From IMG/VR virus record IMGVR_UViG_3300033485_000007, positions 1-64,000 of that record: 64,000 nucleotides of DNA, one strand, 5' to 3'. Each line of letters begins with the position of its first letter. Position 1 is the stretch's first letter. The position numbers were made by a program, and so were the translations under genes. The stretch is from a virus. Lineage: Duplodnaviria > Caudoviricetes. Below, piece by piece: positions 46,801-58,447 of this stretch. Below the pieces are notes generated by a model. That model was not told the origin of the DNA and ran no database searches. It saw nothing but the letters and a program-made list of their open reading frames with translations.

Positions 46801-48774
46801 TCGAACCAATGGCCTCCATCACCGTCAACGCCAATCTCAGTCACCGCGCCAAGGTGAATACAGTTTCCGGATTCAAGAGTCAATAGACTATAAGTGCCAT
46901 CAATGCGATGGAACCTCATCCAAGTCGAGCCGTCGGATAATGGCTCGAGAAGCCGAATCACGGTATTGCGCGGAACATCAAACAGTGGAATTCGTTTCAT
47001 GGCTCGAATCCTGGCTGTAGCTTGTAAGGCAGCGAGACGACCTTCCAGTATCGGTCGTAGATCGGACCTGCGAGTTCGTTTAGCGGTCGCGCTATCTGTT
47101 CAAGTTTCTCCCGGTTAATTGCTACCGGTATTGGCAGAAACTTCTCAGCTGGATAGTCGCGGCAAAAGTTGTCAGTTTCTACTATTGCGAAATTTGTCAT
47201 GTCTCACCCTCAATAGCACACCCGTACGCCTTCATAACCTCGACGTACCGCTTGGTGATGAGCGCCCTAGCCTGCTGTGGCGTCATAATTACCGTCCGCT
47301 CGGACGCGACCGAGAGGTAGCCATCCGACGTGAGCATATTATATCGCTCTGGCTCTTCGCTCGAGTACTCGACCTTCCCGCACGTCGCGCACCTGACGTG
47401 ACCTGGATAGTGATGAGAACTGTACGGGTCGTCGTCAGTGGACGATTTCTCGTGGTAAATGAATATATGCGGGCAGCATGACCGAACCTTGGCGGTAGCG
47501 GCACTTTTCCTGGCCGCGGATTCCTTTGACTGTGCAATCGTCATATCGTCAGTAACGACAATCGCATTCGCCGTCTCAAGCTCCAGCAACGCGTCACGGA
47601 GCTTTTCTGGTGGCCAGGAGACGATGATTGACAACTCCCGTAACGTCTCCAGCTCGCGCGCCTTACGATGCCACGCTTCGGTTGTTTCCCGTACAGCCTT
47701 ATTGACCGCGACGAGGTCGCGTTCCTTGTTTTTGAGTTCGACTGATAATCCGCTGATATCAGCCGTGCAATTGTCCAATGCCTGTTCGATTGTCGTCATT
47801 TTAAATACACTAACTAATCCGCAATTGACTCGATTGATAGGTCGATCGTCTCTATCGATGACCCGCAGTCCAGTTCGGTGAATTCTGGATATTTCGCGCG
47901 AATGAACGCGGATAGGTTGCAGTCGCACGAATAGTTGCCCTCGGAGAACATGTACACGGCACTCTCGTGAGGGTACGCGTAACCGAAATCATACTCAATT
48001 TCATACACCTTACTGTCGTATTGAAGGTTTAGTCTGGCGACTGTACGCAGTCGAGTGTCGGTCCCCTCATACAGAGCGTAGGCCAGCTCGCGGGCTGACA
48101 GCTCGACCTCTAGCGCCCGGAGCCTAAACAGGTATGCAACCCGATCCTCTGCGGTATCAAACCAGTAATACCCACCGCTGAGCCCGTGTTTCGCCGCGTG
48201 TTCTGGATTGAAGAACCCGCCCCACGTGTGAATCACGTATTCGTATTTTTCAGACATAACAAGTCCTATCGGTAATTTGTCGCACTCGCCTCTCGCCTCA
48301 AGCCACCCCTAACCCGTGTGGCTTTTTCGAGTTTGTTAGATCGATTTACTGACGCTCAACCCGTGTTTCTCGGCAACTTCGGACAGTACGGATTCAGCCT
48401 GCTCACTGGTCAATTCCAGCGCCTCGATCACGGCCAACATACTGCGCACTGCGCCTTTGTGTTGTATTGCTCGTGTCTTCGGGCTTGATTTTGCAACATC
48501 AGCAAGCGTTTCCTTTGATTCCATAATAGTCCTCTCTAACGACTCATGGCATAGTCGGCTAAAATAACACGTGCATCCTCAACGGATTCGTGCGCAATCA
48601 CGTCGCCCGTTGATGCGCGCCATCGGTATTCTGGGTGTAGCGCTGCCATCGTAGACGCCACTCGACAGGCAGTGTCCATGTCGCTCAAACAGAATGTTGG
48701 CAGTTCGGCGTCTACGGACCATTGTCCCGACGCTCCACTCGACATGATGTAAATTTTGGAATTGTCCATGTGCG

Positions 48775-48820
48775 CCTCTCTAACGCCCCAAGCCCCGCCT
48801 TGTTTCAGAGCGGGGCGTGT
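48775..48820 (-). repeat. element A copy 2
   Basis: 23 bp identical to copy 3 (GCCTCTCTAACGCCCCAAGCCCC on +). Confidence 0.8.
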
Positions 48821-49294
48821 GAGCGAATTGGTCAGTTGTCGATCCAGGGCGTCACGTCTCGTAGCATTGCAGCGTCACACTCGGCTTTGGCCCGGTCACG
48901 GCGCCTTCCGACCGTGAGCTCTGCGCCTTGAGCGCGAACCTTGATCGCGTAGATAGGAGTCCCGCGGTCGTCGAAAAGCTCGACTACCTCTACGGTGGGT
49001 GGGTAGATCGGGAGCATTGGTAGGCCGCCCGAGTGTGTAGACGCCATCAGAACGTGCATCCTTTCGCGCCGACGCCTGGCACAGTGATTTGCGCGGTGGC
49101 CTGGTGTTCGCGAGCGCCAGTCTCGGACGCTCGCCACGTGATGAGGTACGCGGCATCGCCGGGCTGTACATTGTAGTCGACCGCGCGACGGGGGTACTCC
49201 TTGGCGGCTTTTCGCAGCGCTGACGTTGCGTTGGCGGCTTCGATCGTCGCGAACATGTTTCCGTGCTCGTAGATTTCGAAGGTCTTCATGATGT

Positions 49295-49380
49295 TTCTCC
49301 CTGGCTGACACCCTAAGCATGATTCATTACGTGCCGGCACGCAACCTCATTCGACACGACTCCCTAAAATAGTTTCAAGT
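49295..49380 (-). promoter_or_regulatory. element B copy 2
   Basis: TTGCGT-N17-CATGCT with palindrome GTGCCGGCAC; upstream block shared with copy 3. Confidence 0.8.
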
Positions 49381-50411
49381 AGCTGGATTCGCAGGCGGAT
49401 TAGCGAGCGACCTCAGCCGAGCCTAATCGTCGTCCCGTCCGGGTGCTCTAGCCACAGGTCGAGCCCGCGCTTGCCGGCGTCCCACTGGACGTGGACCGCC
49501 CAATCCTCAACGTTCGGCGCGGTGTAGCGATCGAGCAGTCGCAAAAATTCCAGGCGGGCACGCTCGGCTATTCTCCGCGCAGCGTCAATGAAAACGACGC
49601 CGCATCCTCGATGCTGATCCGTGTGTTGCTCTGGCGAAAACCATCTATTCGCACACGCGGCATTGACGTGCACCGCGACGTAACTTAGCTCGGCGAACAA
49701 TAGGGCACGTTGCGCAGTAGTGGGCGTTTCGCCGAACGTCACTCGAGTAAATGGGTCGTTGCCTAATTCAGTGAGTGGCATAAAACATCAATTCCGATCT
49801 GTCTCTTCGCTTCGTTGCCATTCAGCGCCGGTTGGCACTAGCCATGTCATCGACAATAGGAGCAGGCCCGAGTCCGCTGAATTCTCGCGTGCACTTTTTG
49901 TTTCTCAAGTGCCGAACTTTTTTGTCCGACGAAGCGCCGGGAGGAATACTGCCGAACAGTCTACAGCGTCCTACGGATGTTAGGTAGCAACATTTGTGGG
50001 TTTCTGTTTCGCAATAGATCAACGTTCGCAGCCATTGCGGCTGGGTATATTTGACTGGATCGCTCACTTCTCCAACGCCTCCCGTCCCGCCTTCGATTCG
50101 ATGTACAAAACGTACCGAAAGTACCGCGTTTTCAGCGATTCGAGCCACTCGTAACCGGGTGATTTGTGTATTCCGCAAGTAAAGCCGACGTCATTCTCGC
50201 ATTCGCACGTATGTTTGGCCCTGACGCGGTTTCTGCAATAAGCTTCAATTGCAGCTCGGCGCGACAGAAATCTTCTGTTGACCAATGGGACCGAGTACAC
50301 TGTGGCAGTAGATTTGGTCACGAGCATTTTAGAGCCTCCCGTCCCGCCCTCAGCATCGCGGCAAAGACGGCTGCCCACTCGCGCTCGGTTATGTCGGTCA
50401 TGATTCTCCTA

Positions 50412-50494
50412 TTGGTGCGTCAGTCTGTAGCACACTAGGAATCCCCACCGCGGGACTCACTCGAGTTCGACACCGCGGTAAGTGGGCGGGTTCG
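50412..50494 (-). repeat. element C copy 1: 83-bp structured leader repeat
   Basis: Imperfect direct repeat of 52275-52357. Confidence 0.8.
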
Positions 50495-50860
50495 TTACCA
50501 GCGCTCGCCACTGCCACGAGCAACGATCGTGTCACCGAATTCATCGCGCATCCCCTGTAGCGCGGACGCAGCATCGGGGTATCGTCGGTGTAGCCCATTG
50601 CGCAGCGGAACCGTGTGATATCCCTTGCGCAAAGCGCAAACTGCCGCGTATGCAATACGCGCCTGAAGCGCGTCCGCCAATAGGCGTCGCTCGGTGCGAC
50701 GATACGAGAGGTCCTGATCGTGGCGCTCTCGCGTACCAAGCGGGTGCCACGCCTTCGCTTCACGGTGTCCGCGCTGAAACGCGGACACCGTAGCAACAGC
50801 TGCGTCATATGCGTCACGTCTCGCGATTTCGATTTCCTTGAGTGTTACCATTTTCTCCTG

Positions 50861-50908
50861 CCTCTCTAACGCCCCAAGCCCCTCGGCTCTCGCGGAGGGG
50901 CGGGTGGA
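50861..50908 (-). repeat. element A copy 3
   Basis: GCCCCTC-CGC-GAGA-GCC-GAGGGGC-TTGGGGCGTTAGAGAGG. Confidence 0.8.
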
Positions 50909-51185
50909 TTCACGCTAAATCATCCTCGGTCAGCTCGTACGTGGGAGCCCCGACGTACCTCTCCGTCTCGCTCTCAGCGACATGCGCATACAGGTGCTGA
51001 CCCACCTCGTACCCGTCAGCCGCGCTAAGACCCGCTGCTAGAATCTCCATGCGGTCGCGAACCTCGGCGAGTGCCTCCTCGTCGGAGTCGGCCTCAAATT
51101 CCTCGTCGTCGTGGTCGGGCCACGCATCGGCGGCGCTAGCTGGGTTTCCGTCGTAGATAGTGTATTTGTACGTCGTCATGATTTG

Positions 51186-51268
51186 TTTCTCCCTGACAAC
51201 CTAAGCATGATGTATCCCGTGCCGGCACGCAACTGTTATCGACACGACTCCAGAAAATAGTTTCAAGC
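51186..51268 (-). promoter_or_regulatory. element B copy 3
   Basis: TTGCGT-N17-CATGCT with GTGCCGGCAC. Confidence 0.8.
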
Positions 51269-52274
51269 GGCGGGATTTGCTTGGGTTTTTGCTATCGCCT
51301 CAAGGATCACGTCCACCGCGTCACCGTCCGCCATCCGTCGCCATCTCCTATCCTCCAGCACGGCGCACAGTTCGCACGGCGCGAGTCCGCCGCGCTCGTG
51401 GAGCCGCTCTAGCGTCTGTCCGTGGTTGCGCTGCGCCTGAGCCTCGTGAGGCGCCACCAGTGACCACGGGACTGACCGGGGGCAGCCAAGCGACTCGAGG
51501 GCGTCGACTTCTTGACGGGTGTAGGGCCAGAGGATTTGGAATTGACTGGGTGTGCTCATTTGACCGGCGCCTCCTGTCCCACCATCAGCATCTCGGCAAC
51601 AACGGCCCGTCCGCGGTCGGTGATGTTGACCGGAGACGTAGAGCGGCCCTCGTCCTCGCTGTGCTCGATGGTTACGATCTTTGCGCGTTCGAGGCGCGTC
51701 ATACTCTGGAATGGCTGTCCGCTCGGGCAGTCACTGAGGTGGCATTGAGGCACCGCAACGAGTGTCACGAGTCGCGATAGGTCTGCGTCGGTTAGCATTT
51801 CTCTCCGCCTTTCAACTGGGCCTTGACACCGGCCCTAATCGTCGCGCTGAACAAATCGAACAGTTCCCGCTTGGCTTCGTCTGGATCAAACGGGCTAAGC
51901 TTGTTCCACAAGTCGTCCGGGATAGCGTAGTAGCTTTTTACCTTGAACATTCGGCACACGACACGCATTAGCTTCCTGAATAGCTTGTGCGGGTACATGA
52001 TCGGGAACGCTGCCGGCTGCTTCAACGCCAGCTCTTGAATGTAATCGAGTTCGATGTTTTTTGCTTTTTCTCGGTCGAAATGCTCGATAATTACCCCAGC
52101 CGGCGTTTCGCAATCCTCGCACGGGGTAGCTAGCGTTAGTACGTATTTGCCTTTGTTCGGGGCCGGAATCCAGAACTGAATATCATTAATCGTGCATCCG
52201 CACTCACACATTTTGCACGTCCTTTGATGTAAAGCGAGACAGGTCGTCGTCGGTTGTGTCGGTCATGTTTCGCC

Positions 52275-52357
52275 TTGGCGCGTCAGTCTGTAGTATCCTA
52301 GGTATCTCCACCGCTGGATTCGCTCGAATCCGACACCGCGGCAAGTGTGCGGGTTCG
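52275..52357 (-). repeat. element C copy 2
   Basis: Same length as copy 1; both precede ATG ACC GAC A(T/C)A ACC GA. Confidence 0.8.
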
Positions 52358-52523
52358 CATCCGTTGCGGTTGCGTCGGCGCTCAAAGGCACGCACATCGT
52401 CAGCCGTGGCCAGCGTGTAGGTTTTGCCATGGCACCGTGGACACCTCTCACGGTAGCGCTCATACGGCCCGCACGGAGCGTCCCAGTACCCGGTCGAGCA
52501 GCATGGCAGCTTGTCGCCTATGT

Positions 52524-53489
52524 TCATAGTTCCCTCACATTGCCTGAGGTGCAATACCCACACGGTGGGCTAATGAAACACGTGCATTTATCAGGGTCGA
52601 AATCCTCTTTTCCGTCGTCTTCCTCTTCCTTTTTCTCAAGCTCTCGCATGCGGTCGCTGGCCTCCGATTCCGATGACCCATCATCGATATCCCACCACGA
52701 CGATCGGGCCACAAGTCCGTCGCTACGGGTCATGACGGCCTGTAGCGATTTGCCGTTCCGGCTCCGATTGGTGACCATTTCGTATGTGAGTGACGCCGGT
52801 TTCTCGCCGATATGATTCGTTGCGCTCAGTCTCGCAATCTCCGCCCCTGCCGCCGCAAGCTTCGCCTTTAACCCATCAATCGTTTCGCGCGTCATCGCCT
52901 CACTGCCCTGCGTCGTGGTCTCGGTTGGCTGTTTGACGTTGAGCGCCCGGAGCCGACAGACCTCCTCGATCGCTTCAGACGTAGCGCGGCGAGAGCCGGT
53001 CAGGTCGCGTTCTAGGGACTCGATTCGGTAGACTGATGCCTTTTTGAAAGCCCGCAAAACCTCATCAAGTTCCTTGGAGTGCTGCTGCTCACCGAGGATT
53101 CGTTCGCGCGCCCACGCCCACCGCTCGTCGCCGAGGAAGCGCTCGAGGTCGAGGTCTTTAGCGAGAGTGTCAATAATACCATCACACTGTGACTTAATTC
53201 CCCGGTAATCGCGCCAGTCCGCGTCGCTTCTCTCTTTCAGTTCTTGGATTCTATTCGTTAGTCGTTCCCGCTCCAGGCGAGCGTTATTACGCAACTCCTC
53301 AATCGTCCTGCGCTGCGCCTCAAGCTTTTCCTCGAGGCCGCTTCGGTGTTTATCCGTCCGACACTGCGCGTAAAGCCTCGCCCTCTCGCTAACCCGCGCG
53401 TCGTCAGCCTCCTGCGCTAGCGTGTGAATCGACGGCAGGGCGCGAATACCCGCGAGCGTTTCGGTTGCTAGGTTGAGTAGTCTTTTCAC
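52524..53489 (-). CDS. coiled-coil protein with C-terminal CxC..xPPCxxC motif
   Basis: CTCFISPPCGYC. Confidence 0.65.
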   Translation of the reverse strand: MKRLLNLATETLAGIRALPSIHTLAQEADDARVSERARLYAQCRTDKHRSGLEEKLEAQRRTIEELRNNARLERERLTNRIQELKERSDADWRDYRGIKSQCDGIIDTLAKDLDLERFLGDERWAWARERILGEQQHSKELDEVLRAFKKASVYRIESLERDLTGSRRATSEAIEEVCRLRALNVKQPTETTTQGSEAMTRETIDGLKAKLAAAGAEIARLSATNHIGEKPASLTYEMVTNRSRNGKSLQAVMTRSDGLVARSSWWDIDDGSSESEASDRMRELEKKEEEDDGKEDFDPDKCTCFISPPCGYCTSGNVREL

Positions 53490-53680
53490 TTCGTCTTATC
53501 TCCTTTGTCGATGGCCTCAAGTGCCACCCTGACCAACTCGCATTTCGTCACCGCTGGCAGCTCGACCACGTGACGCAAACCGGCGCGATACGCCTCCGCC
53601 CGTCGCATGTGCCGCCGTTTCGATTTCAGCGCGCGGTCTAGTTTTGTCTCGAGGGATTGAATGATTTCGGTGACGGTCAT
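53486..53680 (-). CDS. hypothetical protein
   Basis: Coupled ORF. Confidence 0.55.
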   Translation of the reverse strand: MTVTEIIQSLETKLDRALKSKRRHMRRAEAYRAGLRHVVELPAVTKCELVRVALEAIDKGDKTK

Positions 53681-54087
53681 AAATATTCCAACTCAATATC
53701 CCGCTCAAACATGCCCTGTTGCCCGACGATTGGCACGGGTCGCACTCGTCGCGGATTGGTGACGCACCAGTGGTAGTAGCCGGGCATTGCCCACCGTGAC
53801 GGGCTGTCGCGTACGCAATCAACAACGTCGACCACGCCGATAACGTGACCGCGGAGAGCTGCGTCCCGCGGCGGAATCGAGACCGGCGAAAACAGGCTAC
53901 CAACGGCACACGCAATGAACTCGTCAATCTCGTCCAGCTTGACCGCCTTGAGCTGTTTGCGCGACACGTGGACGGCGAGCGGACCGCGGTGTTTCGTGGC
54001 TCGCGAACGGTTTTCGATGTCCTTGCATTCGGAGGCGAAATCGAAGAACGACCAAGCCCAAGGCTCGTGAACTGTGAGGATTTTCAT
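53677..54087 (-). CDS. ASCH domain protein
   Basis: LTV.EPWAW....KDIENRS..T.HRGPLA.H; G.VIG.V...DCV; PVP..GQQG.F. Confidence 0.9.
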   Translation of the reverse strand: MKILTVHEPWAWSFFDFASECKDIENRSRATKHRGPLAVHVSRKQLKAVKLDEIDEFIACAVGSLFSPVSIPPRDAALRGHVIGVVDVVDCVRDSPSRWAMPGYYHWCVTNPRRVRPVPIVGQQGMFERDIELEYL

Positions 54088-55094
54088 TACCACTTATCCC
54101 CCGGCATCATCCGCACATTCAGCCGCGCTGGCCATCCACCGCATTCGGTCGTGTCCTTCGAAACGCGCGTCTTGCCATTGCCGCTATCGACTTCGATTTG
54201 TTTCACGAAAACCGGCACGTTCGCCGATTTGCACTGGTCGATAATCGAGTCGAACCAGGCGACATCCGACGGTCGGCGACCGGGGCCTGACTCCGTTCCG
54301 ACAACGATCCAATCGAGCCCCCATTCCCATGTTCCTCCGGTCGAAGGAACCTTAGGATCAGGATGCTGCAACCGCTCGCCGTTATTCGCAACAAGCGTTG
54401 GCTTGAGATACTTGCGGATATCGAGCCCCGAAAGCAACGGCTCAGCACTGATCCACCGTACGGCAGCCGGGCAGCGGAGTAGGTACGGAATTCGCTCGTC
54501 TGCGGCCGCCTGGTTTTCGACGGAGACGCCGACGTGGACGTTTGGTAGGGGCCACTTGAGACCGTCGACCATGTTTCGAAGTTTCCAGAACTTCGCATCA
54601 TGGTCCTCGTCGCTGCCGTCGGCGAGTTCCGCGGAAGACAGCGAGCAAAGCGTGTCGCCGATGAAGTCTCCGTGTTCGGCTGTCTCCGACCGAATCCACT
54701 CGTAAAACTCCACCATGCGCTCGGCGCGCTTGGTCAAGATCTGGAAAGTATGCTGCGGACACGATGCGATTACACCGTAGACTGCGGCGATTTGTTCGAA
54801 TGAAAGCGACTCGTGGAATAAATCCGACATCGAATTTACGAAGACGAGCGACGGTTTTTTCCAGTGCAACGGGGCCGCGAGCATCTCCGGAATGAAGCGG
54901 ACCTCACCGGACCATTTACCGTCGCGAATCAATCCGTGATACGGCTGACCTTCGCCACAGAACCGCGCCGCCATGCGTTCGGCAAAGCAATTTTTACAGC
55001 CGCTCGAAACCTTCGAGCATCCGCGGATCGCGTTCCACGTGTAGCCAGGCGTCCCAGCTTCGGATCTCGTCCATTCAATCGATGTTTTAGCCAT
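54087..55094 (-). CDS. DUF5131 (Gp37/Gp68) protein
   Basis: TSIEWT, TWN...GC.KVS.GC.NCFAE, FVNSMSDLFH, HTFQILTKR, GVSVENQ, W.SAEPLL. Confidence 0.92.
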   Translation of the reverse strand: MAKTSIEWTRSEAGTPGYTWNAIRGCSKVSSGCKNCFAERMAARFCGEGQPYHGLIRDGKWSGEVRFIPEMLAAPLHWKKPSLVFVNSMSDLFHESLSFEQIAAVYGVIASCPQHTFQILTKRAERMVEFYEWIRSETAEHGDFIGDTLCSLSSAELADGSDEDHDAKFWKLRNMVDGLKWPLPNVHVGVSVENQAAADERIPYLLRCPAAVRWISAEPLLSGLDIRKYLKPTLVANNGERLQHPDPKVPSTGGTWEWGLDWIVVGTESGPGRRPSDVAWFDSIIDQCKSANVPVFVKQIEVDSGNGKTRVSKDTTECGGWPARLNVRMMPGDKW

Positions 55095-57069
55095 TTGCTG
55101 TCACCTCCGTGTTGCGCTTCTTGATTTCATCAGCCCGATACAGTGACCACATGAGACACGATATGAAGTCGGTAATTTCGTCGGTCATTGCCGATCCGGC
55201 GGGCGCCATGTGATAAAAGTCGACAAGTAAAACGCGCTCGCCATCTGACGAAACACCAACGGTTGACGTCCATTTGCCAGGAGGCTTCTCGCGTGCCGAT
55301 GCGGTCGCTTGGTGGCGGCCTAGTTTTCCATTCACTCGGCCCGAATCGTCGAGCGTGAATACCACCGACGGCGTTGCCCCATCCGGGTTTGCGCACGTCC
55401 AGGTTCCGACAACTTTCGGGAACGAAAACATGTTGTATTTCATGAAGCTCATATTAGTAAACCACTGGTTTGTGTGCTGAGCAGAATCCGGAACCGTCAC
55501 TAGGCAACCCTCCATACGCGGCAAGTTCGCATTGAGTGGACGATCCCTCGTCAGGGTCACCTGGGAACCACGAGCACGTCTTGCACCGCTTGACCACCGC
55601 CACCTCGACGAACCCGTCACGCGGCACACCAGAAATCTTGGCGGTCTCGAGATGGCCGGCAACGTCCATGCGTAGCGAGTTTCGGTGGAGTCTGTCTAGC
55701 GCGGATTGTTGGATGTAGATGGTCATTTTGACAGCTCCTCAAGCAACCTCTGTGATTGTAGCCTGATGCTTGGGCTAATTTCAAAGTCGTCGGCCGTGGA
55801 AATGCGCTCAACGAACGCGCGAAGCTTCTGCTCCGCTTCAGTCCGCTTGCCAAGCAATGCCGACAATTCCGTGACCGCTTGCGACAGGCTGGCACTCAAC
55901 GCCTCCGCCGCAATCCGTCGCGCGGTTTCGGATTGGAGATGATCGAGCGGAGCGAAACGTTTGTGCTCCACTGTAGCAAGCAGACTGTCAAAATTAAGCA
56001 CCTGAGACGGGACCACGCGTGTCTTTTCTGTCTTTACTGACCCGGAAAACTGTAGGCAATTTACAGATTCGAAACTCACCCAAACATCCCGCGACTCGTC
56101 ACGCTTCTCGCTCGCAACCGGCAAGAGCTCATAGTCGCACGTGTGGTCACATCCAAGTCCTTTCCACCGTTCACGCTCGAAATCATCATCGGGCTCGTCG
56201 CGCCTGTCACATTCAGTGGCGCGCTTGAGCGGGACGAGGGCCCCGTACTCAATCCGATCGGTACTTTCCGCCCAGGTGTCATCAAGCGCCAGGTCAATCC
56301 ATTCCTGAGCCGACGACTCCGCCTCCGTCAGCGTATCGTGCTCCTCGAATTCGCCGTCGATTCCTAGGCTGTAGTATCTATTGGTCATCGTCTTCCTCTT
56401 CGTTTCTTCCGTACCCGTAGTCGCGCTCTTCCTCGCGCTCACGTTCCATTTCCGCGTCAATACAACCTGGTGCGCACCTCTCAGGAGCCACCGCGTGGCA
56501 TCCGGGACAGACACGAGCAAGCATGTCGGTGTCGCGCTTCTCGAGTAGCGCGCGCATTAATTCGTAATCGGACTCGCGGAGTTCAACGGTCGCACCGGCT
56601 ATCTCGACCTGTCCAATTGTCGGGTTTTCGGCGGTATAGGTCACGCCGCCACCAGCAGCCTTTGCGACCTTGTTCGCCTCATTGGCCATCAGTCGATACC
56701 AAAGACGCGTGCCCATGGTATCGGCCTGCTTCGCGAATTCGTTGTAACCAACGACAAGGGCCGTTAGAGCTATCGCGTTGTGTTGCTCTTCGCTCATGAC
56801 TTTTCCTTAACCACCGCATACGGATTCCGCTGCGGTTTGCCTTCTTTTATCGCCGCTTGCCCAGCGACGTAGCCTTCGGACCAGATGTCGGCGAGCTTCG
56901 CCTTCAACTCGAGATACGCCGCGGCGGGCACGAATTCTTCGAGGCCATCATCGGGATCCGTATCGACCTCGACGTGCAGGTAGGAGCCCATTTCGCGCAC
57001 CTCTTCAAGGTCGTCGCTGTCAACGAAGATGGACTCCGGATGCGCTTTCATAGCAGGGTCAGTCGACAT
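55087..57069 (-). other. five hypothetical ORFs (55087-~55455, 55454-55726, 55723-56388, 56378-56797, 56794-57069)
   Basis: Coupled, co-oriented ORFs; starts approximate. Confidence 0.55.
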
Positions 57070-57655
57070 ATTGCACCTCGCTATCGGCTAGCGACGGGTT
57101 TGCCACAACTGCCTTTAAGATCGAATCAATGCATCCGCTGCAAACCGTGAAGCCTTGTTTGCCGTACTTTAGTAGACGACGCACGGTCGATTTAGCATGC
57201 GTTACCTTATGAATAGCTAGTCTTTTGCGCCCGAGGTCGTAGAGCGTGAAATCGCCAAAAATAAGACGCTCCGAGTCGTAAGCGGTCTGACATATCGTGA
57301 AATCGAACGAATCGATCACGTCAGCCGCTGAACCGTAGGCTACCTTGAGAAACTGGATTACCCGAGCCTTTCCGTTGATTTCGAACGTGAACCCTCGGTA
57401 GAAATCAGTGTCAGCTGTTTGTTTAGCGCCTTTACCGAGCAGCGTCGCGGTCGACTCGTCCAATTGCGAGAAACTCGCAAAGCCGACGTCAAAATCTGAG
57501 TCCTGCGGTTGGCCGATAATGAGCCGACGAACCGAACCGCCAACAAGGAACGGGCCATTGGGAGTGACACCAATACGGGTAGCCACTGATGAAAGTTCCT
57601 CTAGGGAGAGTCCGTATCTGTCGGTAAATTCAACCGCGTTTATCGCCTGTGTCAT
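57059..57655 (-). CDS. minimal CCA/poly(A)-polymerase-head-like nucleotidyltransferase
   Basis: FLVGGSVRR....DSDFD, FDFTICQ, R.LKY..QGF. Confidence 0.75.
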   Translation of the reverse strand: MTQAINAVEFTDRYGLSLEELSSVATRIGVTPNGPFLVGGSVRRLIIGQPQDSDFDVGFASFSQLDESTATLLGKGAKQTADTDFYRGFTFEINGKARVIQFLKVAYGSAADVIDSFDFTICQTAYDSERLIFGDFTLYDLGRKRLAIHKVTHAKSTVRRLLKYGKQGFTVCSGCIDSILKAVVANPSLADSEVQYVD

Positions 57656-58260
57656 AGAAGATCAATCAGCTTTCCGAACAGCTCAAGCGTCTCTCTCGAG
57701 AAATCCTGGCCTTCGTCATTGTTGGCGATTGACTCGCATAGCTCCCTCGCCGCAACGCGTACCGGATCGAGTCCAGCACGGTCGATGACGGCTAGTAGGT
57801 CTGCGCTAAACGCAACGACACCGGTTCCACTTGGTGCGGTAATAGCTATTACGTTGCCGTGTGTATTTGTAACGCGAAAACCGTCATCCTCAACGACTGC
57901 TCCATCGTCAGCCCACGCACTTCCAGGCGCTAACTGTTGCATCTCAACTTCTCCTGTCACCATATCTAGCGCGAATCGTCATCCGGCGCAACCGAAATCG
58001 TCAATGCACTCTTGAAGCCGAACTTGCCGCCTATCGACCACCAATACGACCTCGGCCAGGTACCCGCACCACGTCATCGGCGCCTTGCGGTCGTCTTCTC
58101 GTCCTGGCTCGCGGCACAGGCTTCGGCACCGTCGATGGGCTCCAGGCGTGACGCAGTGCTGGCCGAGTTCGCTTGGATGTACCAACGTTAGCGAGTGGCG
58201 ACCATTCCGACCTTTGCCGCCAATCGTCGCCGTGCCGTCTGTTTTATGAAAGCTCGCCAT
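57652..58260 (-). other. two hypothetical ORFs (57652-57963, 57979-58260)
   Basis: Co-oriented ORFs. Confidence 0.5.
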
Positions 58261-58447
58261 AGAAATTCGCCGCTCCGATTGGGTCAGATATCTCAACGAT
58301 TCGCCTAGCCAGTTCACGACGACGCATCTTGGTCGGTTTGTCTATACCGCACCACCTGGCGAGTCGTAACAGCTCACGGTACGGACAATTCGACAAGCGG
58401 TAGGCAACCGAGTCAGCCAGCCGCCTGTCGATTCCGCTCGAGTTCAT
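58244..58447 (-). CDS. Rho-N/HeH-like small protein
   Basis: ELLRLARWCGI..PTKMRRRELARRI resembles EL..LA...GI....KM.K.EL...I. Confidence 0.5.
   Translation of the reverse strand: MNSSGIDRRLADSVAYRLSNCPYRELLRLARWCGIDKPTKMRRRELARRIVEISDPIGAANFYGELS

Larger units (their letters stand above)
46797..52563 (-). other. array of ~18 small hypothetical early ORFs (e.g. 46797-47000, 46997-47200, 47197-47799, 47814-48257, 48336-48524, 48536-48769, 48832-49017, 49047-49289, 49413-49781, 50064-50327, 50495-50851, 50910-51179, 51263-51559, 51556-51798, 51792-52211)
   Basis: Co-oriented, frequently coupled, punctuated by repeated elements A, B and C. Confidence 0.6.

Noticed and set aside
38598-50908. Element A as integron attC sites
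   Set aside because: GTTAGAG does not fit GTTRRRY, there is no matching RYYYAAC inverse core, and no integrase is in the window.
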